Positions 57,294 through 64,000 of a DNA stretch of 64,000 nucleotides are shown in pieces (positions within the stretch are counted from its first letter, which is position 1; each line of letters opens with the position of its first letter). The notes under the pieces were generated by a model that saw only the letters and a program-made list of their open reading frames with translations, did no database searches and was not told where the DNA came from. A program made the translations under genes and the position numbers. The stretch lies in the IMG/VR virus record IMGVR_UViG_3300010885_055964, positions 1-64,000 of that record, one strand, 5' to 3'. The DNA comes from a virus.

Positions 57294-59995
57294 AGAATTG
57301 GGATCAGATAAAGGAATTAGCTTATCGAGTAGTGTCCGATCGTGGTCTAGATAAAAAATATCAAGAACGTTTGGCTTTTGAAATTATTGAAATAGAAAAA
57401 CAAGGTGCTAGTGCTAAGTGGGAAATATATTATAACGATAATAAGAAATTCGCTACCAATCCAAATAATTTAGTGTTACCGTGGTTATTAAATATGGTTA
57501 ATGAGGATCCTATACTTAGTAGGAATGATATTATATTAAACACAGTTAGAGCATCAAAAGTCAAAGAATACCGAGCCAAATATGGGAGTATTCCTTCTGA
57601 TTTTATTAAAGATACAGACATGCCAGACATTGATCTAGATTGCTTACCAGAAGCTAGAGATCCTATTAAAGAATATGCCGCTAAGACATATAGTATGGGT
57701 ATAACGGATGGATATGGTCCTGTCTGTTCTGTAGGAACTTGGCAGACTTATAAATTCAAAAACGCTATTATTGATGCTTGTGCTGGAACAGGATTGGTGG
57801 ATAGAAGTGTAGCTTTCGAGCTGACTACTCAATTGCCAGATGAAGTCGATCAATTAAAAGACGGAGGTGAGGCCGCTTGCAAAAACCGCATTATTGATAA
57901 TGGAGAGGAAAAAGAATGCGGATTTATTCATAGCTTAACCGAATGCCCAAGATGTGGTTCAGCAGACACTGATGCCCCAACCATAGGTAAGTTATTACAA
58001 GAATACGAAATATTAAGAAATTTCGCTTCTACGCATAAAACAGTAGTTGGATATGCTGTTAAACTGGTGGGTCGTGTGCGTAATATGGGCATGCATGCTG
58101 GTGCTCTCATAATAGCAGATAGGTCACTATTCGGTAATATCCCAATGGCTAAAAGCAGCAGCAAAGGCTATTGGGTCAGTATGTGGACAGAAGGCCGCAA
58201 TGCTCAATTATCTAAATTTGGATATAATAAATGGGATATACTTGGTCTCAAAACACTTAAATATATTTTTGAATGTTGTAAATTGATAGAAGCCAATCGC
58301 GGTATATCTTTCGGACCTAACATGGAAGGATGGGACTATAACGATCCCGAAACCGGGATAGCAGGATGGTATATTGATGGAACCGGAAAGAAATGTGATA
58401 TATTACTTAATGACGAACATACCTTAAGATTAGCTAACGAATTAAAAACAGATGGTGTTTTCCAATTCGACACAGATTTAGCTAAACAAATATTATCGAA
58501 TGGTGTACGCAACTTCGATGACTTAATGTTGTTTAATGCTATGGGCCATCCAGGCCCAATGGCTTCGATTCCAGAAGCAGTAGAAAATAGAGATAATTTC
58601 AAGAAAGATTGGCGATCTGCTTTGCCTAAACCTATTTATGAAATATTAAAGTATACATATGGTGTAATCGTTTACCAGGAGCAATTGCAAGCTATTTGGC
58701 AGATAATGGCAGGGTTTACAGCTCCCGAGGCCCAAGAAGCACGTAAGGCTGTAGCCAAAAAATGGACTCATAAACTAAAACCCATAAGAGAAAAATGGCT
58801 TAAGGGTGCGAGCAGGTCTATGAGTGATAAGGATGCAGAAGCATGGTGGGCCAAAATGGAGACATTCGGTCGTTATGCTTTCAATAAAAGCCACGCCGTC
58901 AGTTATTGTTTGGTAGCTCATAGATGTCTTTGGCTCAAAGCTCATTTTACACCAGAATGGTGGGCCGCAGTGATGAGCGATTGCCACCAAGAAAAGCTAG
59001 TAAGATATATGGGGATAGCTAGGTCTGAAAAATGGAGGCCGACCGAAATCACTTATTCTGGGAAACATCGTCCTGCTAAAAAATCGGATGGAGTCATATT
59101 TGATACGCTAAATTTAGAAAATATGACAAGGAGTTTCACTGTAACAGGAGACACGGTCAATCAGGGCTTAATCGGAATAAAAGGTATAGGGGAAACAGCT
59201 GCTGTAAAGTACGAGCGAAAAGGCGTTTATGCGGACATCGACGAGTTTATTACAAAAACAGGTGGAAAAGATAAAGCCGCATGCGAGCGGTTCATAAAAT
59301 TGGGTGCTTTCAAATATATGCAAGGACATAGCAATTCGAAGGCTGTATGGACATGGTATCAATATAAATATTGCAGTGGGAAAGATATTACTGCACTTAG
59401 GACAACTATCAAAGAGCAATTACTAGCTGCAGAAGGATGGAATGATCAGACTATCGAGCAAGAGAGAAAAAGGCAGATCACTGAATACAAGAAGGCTTAT
59501 CCTAATAGAAGGAAAGTTCCTGAAAAGCTAATAAATTGGAAACCGAGTCCAAATGATTCTCGTGATAATGTAATGGCATTGGTAACTGAAGACTTCTCTC
59601 TTGTGGAAGTGCTGCAGTTTGAGAAAGACTATTTAGGGTATTATTTACATTCTCCTTTAGATCTATACGAGTGTAAGGGACAATGCTCTATTGAAACAGC
59701 TAAAGATTATTCTACTAAAGACACATCAACCAGATTAGAAGGAGTTATCGTAAGCGTAGATTATGGTAAGACCAAAAATGATAAAGATTTCGCTAAGATA
59801 ATAATAAGTGATGGTATACAACAGACATTAGTCTTAATGTGGGAGTCAGAAATCAAACATCAAAATCAAGATACATTAAAACCAGGCGTAGGAGTACAAT
59901 TATACGTCAATTATGACCCTACTAGAAATATCTTCTCAGTAGCAAGAAATGAAGCTATTCTTAGACTAAAACGGAAGCAACATGCAACTAGTTAG
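57290..59995 (+). CDS. dnaE: Split DnaE, C-terminal part: catalytic Asp residues, thumb with Zn-ribbon insert, fingers, HhH, OB fold
   Basis: PDIDLD, MHAGALII, KWDILGL, IVYQEQ, FNKSHAVSY, GIKGIGE. Confidence 0.92.
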   Translation: MKNWDQIKELAYRVVSDRGLDKKYQERLAFEIIEIEKQGASAKWEIYYNDNKKFATNPNNLVLPWLLNMVNEDPILSRNDIILNTVRASKVKEYRAKYGSIPSDFIKDTDMPDIDLDCLPEARDPIKEYAAKTYSMGITDGYGPVCSVGTWQTYKFKNAIIDACAGTGLVDRSVAFELTTQLPDEVDQLKDGGEAACKNRIIDNGEEKECGFIHSLTECPRCGSADTDAPTIGKLLQEYEILRNFASTHKTVVGYAVKLVGRVRNMGMHAGALIIADRSLFGNIPMAKSSSKGYWVSMWTEGRNAQLSKFGYNKWDILGLKTLKYIFECCKLIEANRGISFGPNMEGWDYNDPETGIAGWYIDGTGKKCDILLNDEHTLRLANELKTDGVFQFDTDLAKQILSNGVRNFDDLMLFNAMGHPGPMASIPEAVENRDNFKKDWRSALPKPIYEILKYTYGVIVYQEQLQAIWQIMAGFTAPEAQEARKAVAKKWTHKLKPIREKWLKGASRSMSDKDAEAWWAKMETFGRYAFNKSHAVSYCLVAHRCLWLKAHFTPEWWAAVMSDCHQEKLVRYMGIARSEKWRPTEITYSGKHRPAKKSDGVIFDTLNLENMTRSFTVTGDTVNQGLIGIKGIGETAAVKYERKGVYADIDEFITKTGGKDKAACERFIKLGAFKYMQGHSNSKAVWTWYQYKYCSGKDITALRTTIKEQLLAAEGWNDQTIEQERKRQITEYKKAYPNRRKVPEKLINWKPSPNDSRDNVMALVTEDFSLVEVLQFEKDYLGYYLHSPLDLYECKGQCSIETAKDYSTKDTSTRLEGVIVSVDYGKTKNDKDFAKIIISDGIQQTLVLMWESEIKHQNQDTLKPGVGVQLYVNYDPTRNIFSVARNEAILRLKRKQHATS

Positions 59996-60551
59996 TAAAG
60001 ATGGAATAGCATGTGATCAATGTGGTACCACTCATAAATTAGACTTTACATATTATTCGTTCGATTTCAGGGTCGTATCCGTCATATCAGGTAGAAGGTT
60101 AGCTTTAAGGGAATTATTAAGATCTAAGATAGTTCACTCGCTGGACATATGCCAGCAATGCTATGACAATATAAAAATGGAAGTGATTAAAAACTATCAA
60201 TCTACTATGACTAATGATGTGAGAAAACGGGGTACGAGTAATACGGTAATTTGCGAAATTAGTGGTAGGAAAATATTAGGTGCTAACTATAATTATTATT
60301 TATGTTGTGTGACAGAAGTAAATGTGTCTACATCAGGCCAGCCCAACATTTGCACAACATGCAGACAACAGACTAGAGATAGTGATAAAATATGTAGCAA
60401 TTGCAAAGGTAGCTCGTTTACAAGGACAGCTAATACCTCGACATACGATAGATTACTCGATATAAATGTATGTCAGGAGTCATTTAAAGATATGGTAAAT
60501 AAGTCAGAGTTGGTGAAAAAACAAGCGTCAGAGTGGTCTACTAATAGTTAG
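59982..60551 (+). CDS. Cys-rich zinc-binding protein
   Basis: Multiple CxxC pairs. Confidence 0.6.
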   Translation: MQLVSKDGIACDQCGTTHKLDFTYYSFDFRVVSVISGRRLALRELLRSKIVHSLDICQQCYDNIKMEVIKNYQSTMTNDVRKRGTSNTVICEISGRKILGANYNYYLCCVTEVNVSTSGQPNICTTCRQQTRDSDKICSNCKGSSFTRTANTSTYDRLLDINVCQESFKDMVNKSELVKKQASEWSTNS

Positions 60552-60559
60552 GGATAAAA

Positions 60560-61156
60560 ATGTATAATCCATATGACCTAGTTAAGATCAAGATAAATGG
60601 CAAAGAGACATATGGTAGACCTGTGGCATTCGACTCTGACCCAATAAACATACATACTTTGAAAAATAAGGATGGTGAGCTAATTAAGCCGATTTTATTG
60701 ACTAGTGCCTGTCCAGATTGTGGCCAAGGCCTTGAGATTAATATAAGCCAGGGTGAATGCCCATCAGGAGTGTATATTGAATGCCACCTGTGTAAGGATA
60801 AATCGAAAATCAAGGTCGGAACCGTTAATAGGTTCAGGAAAAATGAGGAAGCACCAACAGATGAACCACTGCTTTGTAAAAATAATGATATTTGCAATAT
60901 CGACACGACAGTAGAACAAAGATTCGATATGCCTGAAGAACAACACCCAGATGTCGCTTCTGAGACTAAAGACGAACCCAAGCAGAACATAAAGAAAAAT
61001 AAGAGAAGTAAGAAGAAGACAGACATTAATGAGCAAACCAATGCCGACCCAGTAGGATTCGTTAATGTACCTCCATTAAAGAAGAGGATCGAATCAGCTC
61101 AAGGCTTAACAGAGGAAGTAGAAATAGACGACGCAGACATGGTCGAATTAGAATGA
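60560..61156 (+). CDS. Zinc-ribbon protein with acidic tail
   Basis: CPDC...CHLC. Confidence 0.6.
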   Translation: MYNPYDLVKIKINGKETYGRPVAFDSDPINIHTLKNKDGELIKPILLTSACPDCGQGLEINISQGECPSGVYIECHLCKDKSKIKVGTVNRFRKNEEAPTDEPLLCKNNDICNIDTTVEQRFDMPEEQHPDVASETKDEPKQNIKKNKRSKKKTDINEQTNADPVGFVNVPPLKKRIESAQGLTEEVEIDDADMVELE

Positions 61157-62100
61157 AAATCATATTAGGTTCAGGCATAGTAGGACTAATAGCTAAGTTG
61201 ATATTAGGTCCCTCGTGGACGATAATCCCGTTTTATAGAAGCAGGTTTTATAGCTTTAATCCTTCACTAGATGATAACTTCATAATAAGGGATGAACTAA
61301 TAGATGATGTTATAAAGCAGATAACGCAAGAAATCAAATTGTCAGTGTTCGAATATAAAAGAGCTTGGTCGATTGGCGGGCAAATATTACCAGACTGGAA
61401 TGAAGCTATATGTAGTGATTGGTTATACAAGATATTTGGCGATAAGATACCTCCACAATCACAGATTTATAATAAACAAAAAATGACTTTTGGTGTATAT
61501 GATTTGAGAATAAATGATCTATATTCTAAATTAACTAACATATATATAGATGAATTAAAACAGCAATCGGCAGTAGGTAAAGTTACAGAGATAGGAGATC
61601 ATTATATAGTAAGGAACGGTGTGAAGAGCGATTTTGAGCAGGCCATAAACACCATACCTTTAAACCACCTGGCGAGCCTATGTAAGTTATCTATAAATCT
61701 TCCTTGTAAAGATATTCATTACTGGCATGTAAGAACTAATGATTTAAATTTTGAAGGATATAATCAGTTATTGGTCGCTGATCGTCTGTTCGGCTTTTAT
61801 AAAGTGACTAATATAGCACCTGGTAGATTTATGTTTTATTGCCACGAAGACATACCGAATCCTGGTACGTATCTAATGGGATTTATGCAAAAGTTCGAGA
61901 TAATCGATGGTACATCTATTCCGGAGGCGATGCCTTTAGGCCCGATGCCAGAATTGCAAATATTGGATCAAATGGGCATATTTAATGTCGGAAGTTATGC
62001 ACAATGGGATTGGTGCTCTGATGTGGGTAGCAATATACTAAAATTAGTAAGGTTTGCTAATAGGGGCTATGTCAATGCTAAACCAAAATATATTCACTGA
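61153..62100 (+). CDS. FAD-dependent oxidoreductase-like protein (UDP-galactopyranose mutase/HemY fold)
   Basis: N-terminal ILGSGIVG Rossmann motif, INTIPL, VGSYAQW. Confidence 0.65.
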   Translation: MKIILGSGIVGLIAKLILGPSWTIIPFYRSRFYSFNPSLDDNFIIRDELIDDVIKQITQEIKLSVFEYKRAWSIGGQILPDWNEAICSDWLYKIFGDKIPPQSQIYNKQKMTFGVYDLRINDLYSKLTNIYIDELKQQSAVGKVTEIGDHYIVRNGVKSDFEQAINTIPLNHLASLCKLSINLPCKDIHYWHVRTNDLNFEGYNQLLVADRLFGFYKVTNIAPGRFMFYCHEDIPNPGTYLMGFMQKFEIIDGTSIPEAMPLGPMPELQILDQMGIFNVGSYAQWDWCSDVGSNILKLVRFANRGYVNAKPKYIH

Positions 62101-63242
62101 TACATAATAGGATAAGAACGATTTAGCACAGTTAGTCTATTATATAATAATCGGTGTATCATAAACATGTCGAATAATATAGACTGATCAACCATACCAG
62201 CACCTAGTAGAGAAAGATGTTCGACAATACATTGTTCCTGCTCGGTGATATTAGATAATACGAATTTCCACTCTTTAAGTGGGATATTCGATTTAGCCAT
62301 TAGATGATCTCGAGTATCGATGGGTTCGAGTATTCCGCCTAATGAACTAAATGACTCATGAGTAATGAACCCTTTTACTTTATTCCACAGGTGGGCACCA
62401 CCATGATTAGAGCAATGATTGTCTTGCCATAATAAATGTGGAGCGGTATTCCTTTGATTAGAAAAAGGTGCTGTGTCTATCTCAATCGCATATGCATTAA
62501 CAGCACCACGCCAATAAGACGACTTAGGAGGAAAACGCCCTTCGTCGGTGTATGGCTCTGTCAATCGTTCATATCCATGCCTGATGAATATGGAATCTCG
62601 ATTAATATAAAAATATGACAGGACAGGCCTTAAATATAAATAGAATGCATCAATAGTCGATTTAATGTCTTTATCTAAAATGCCATATGTATATGCATAT
62701 CTGCCATCCACCCATTGTCGATGGTCATCATATCTTCTTAATTCTATGCGATCCGCCTTGACTAATGTCCATTCGGTCTGTTGATCAACTACACCAGAAT
62801 GGCGGTATGTGATAGGTTGCAATTGATTGTAGAAGTACTCGAGATGTGTGTCATGGAGTGGTTGTGCATAGCCATTTGTTTTAAGGAAATCGTGCAGAAT
62901 GATTGATACCCAAGTATGTGGATTGATAGTTGAATCTATAAGATAAGCGATAATGCAGCTGCAGATGCCATGGAAGAATCCATGTTCGACATCGTTAAAG
63001 TATGCTTGTATCATTGATTGGTCGAATGGCTTAAATGGGGTTAGATATTTGTTTATTTTGCTATAGTTATGGATTACATTTTTTTTATTAGTATGGGCCA
63101 ATCCTAGCTCGGTTAGGTATTTGATGTTACCGAAAGAACACCTAGTGCATAGGTCATATTTGATCTTTTTGAGACAGACAGATATAGAAGTGTATTGTTT
63201 AAGACATAATTGTCCACGTATATGTTGGTCGAGAGAGGCCAT
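62094..63242 (-). CDS. HD-domain phosphohydrolase-like protein
   Basis: EHGFFHG, LHDFLK, RHS, KADR pattern; GGAG RBS before ATG 63242. Confidence 0.55.
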   Translation of the reverse strand: MASLDQHIRGQLCLKQYTSISVCLKKIKYDLCTRCSFGNIKYLTELGLAHTNKKNVIHNYSKINKYLTPFKPFDQSMIQAYFNDVEHGFFHGICSCIIAYLIDSTINPHTWVSIILHDFLKTNGYAQPLHDTHLEYFYNQLQPITYRHSGVVDQQTEWTLVKADRIELRRYDDHRQWVDGRYAYTYGILDKDIKSTIDAFYLYLRPVLSYFYINRDSIFIRHGYERLTEPYTDEGRFPPKSSYWRGAVNAYAIEIDTAPFSNQRNTAPHLLWQDNHCSNHGGAHLWNKVKGFITHESFSSLGGILEPIDTRDHLMAKSNIPLKEWKFVLSNITEQEQCIVEHLSLLGAGMVDQSILFDMFMIHRLLYNRLTVLNRSYPIMYQ

Positions 63243-63303
63243 GTGATTCTCCACTTAAGTATATTTTAGTGATATGTAGCACAAGTAATTATATTGGTGT
63301 ATT

Positions 63304-64000
63304 ATGAAGCATAGTAGTCGTAGAAGCTTTTACGAATCAGGTTTGAGGATAAATAAGCACTCTAATGATAGGTTATCGGAAGAGATAGAAGAATTCGATT
63401 GGCACAATAAGAATATTATAATAACAAAGGTTAATAAACCTAAACAATTGATAGTCGCTGGTTTAACCGAAACAGAAGTAGAGCAGAAGGATAAATTTAT
63501 AGGACAGTTATACACCGCATGTATGACTTGCTCTATTTGCCCTATCGGAACCGAGTGTGTTAGTAAAGACGGTATTTATAGGGATCCTCACTTATTGAGC
63601 AATAGAAATATTTCGAAATATGTTATGGTGTGTGATAGACCAACGTGGGATGATATTACTAATAGGGATAATGATGGGCATGCTAGCGAAATAGAAAAGT
63701 TAACGCAGGTCAAAGAAATATTAGATAGATTATATATAACATATCTTGTTAAATGTAGTAGCATTGATAGAGGTGATTATTACGAAAATTGTCGCCCATT
63801 TATACAATTAGAAATGAATATATTAAAACCCACATTAATCATATCATCAGGTCAGGAACCTTTCGATAGACTCAAGGCAGATAGTAGTTTAGAATATAAA
63901 GATAATGTTAAGAAGATAACGAATAGTATATTTAATATTAAAATGCTAACCATAGCGGATATATCTGACGTACGATTTATTGATCATATAAAAATAGTAA
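63304..64000 (+). CDS. Family-4-like uracil-DNA glycosylase fold protein, partial
   Basis: Manually translated, open to window end: CMTCSIC, YITYLVKC, NCRPFIQLEMNILKPTLIISSGQEPF. Confidence 0.68.
   Translation, partial: MKHSSRRSFYESGLRINKHSNDRLSEEIEEFDWHNKNIIITKVNKPKQLIVAGLTETEVEQKDKFIGQLYTACMTCSICPIGTECVSKDGIYRDPHLLSNRNISKYVMVCDRPTWDDITNRDNDGHASEIEKLTQVKEILDRLYITYLVKCSSIDRGDYYENCRPFIQLEMNILKPTLIISSGQEPFDRLKADSSLEYKDNVKKITNSIFNIKMLTIADISDVRFIDHIKIV

Larger units (their letters stand above)
56038..57627 (+). repeat. 12-bp in-frame direct repeat AGACATGCCAGA at 56038-56049 and 57616-57627
   Basis: Read directly; both copies encode D-M-P-D in the frame of their gene. Confidence 0.9.

Noticed and set aside
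54614-59995. Split-intein DnaE or group I/II intron
   Set aside because: No Cys-starting intein N-fragment or His-Asn terminus; no intron core motifs, homing endonuclease or RT seen; the intervening DNA holds three ordinary ORFs
1584-63515. Numerous 60-180-aa ORFs antisense to or nested in larger genes (e.g. 1584, 14199, 49510, 60541)
   Set aside because: Overlap well-supported CDSs, lack RBSs and have no recognisable motifs
1-64000. Stop-codon reassignment
   Set aside because: Conserved genes (ThyX, sulfatase, SbcC, DinG, PurZ) are full length in code 11; the splits seen are not at single in-frame stops
1-64000. CRISPR array, cas genes, transposases, integrase
   Set aside because: Only two-copy tandem duplications found; no repeat-spacer periodicity or recognisable motifs

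Overview
This is a segment of a large, AT-rich dsDNA phage genome, probably a jumbo myovirus-like phage. It has bacterial RBSs, standard code 11, dense genes, one tRNA and sigma-like genes, with no host housekeeping operons. A Planctomycetota-like host is inferred from CsrA, a sulfatase, an FGE-type lectin domain and twin-arginine leaders. Content: replication and repair (two family C DNA polymerase systems, Mre11/Rad50, DinG, NucS/EndoMS, UDG-like), nucleotide metabolism (ThyX, dUTPase, a PurZ-type synthetase, HD and NDT hydrolases), many glycan-modifying enzymes, an actin-like ATPase and large virion proteins. Highlights: (1) a PurA-family gene carrying PurZ (2-aminoadenine, Z-genome) signatures in a phage whose visible polymerases are DnaE-type rather than PolA/DpoZ; (2) an intein-less split DnaE whose active-site motifs are divided between two genes, with an in-frame 12-bp direct repeat that would rejoin them into a 1267-aa enzyme; (3) a circularly permuted FGE/C-type-lectin domain with a ~630-aa insertion; (4) a ~650-nt ORF-poor, stem-rich candidate ncRNA. 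All family assignments come from motif recognition by eye; no searches were run.
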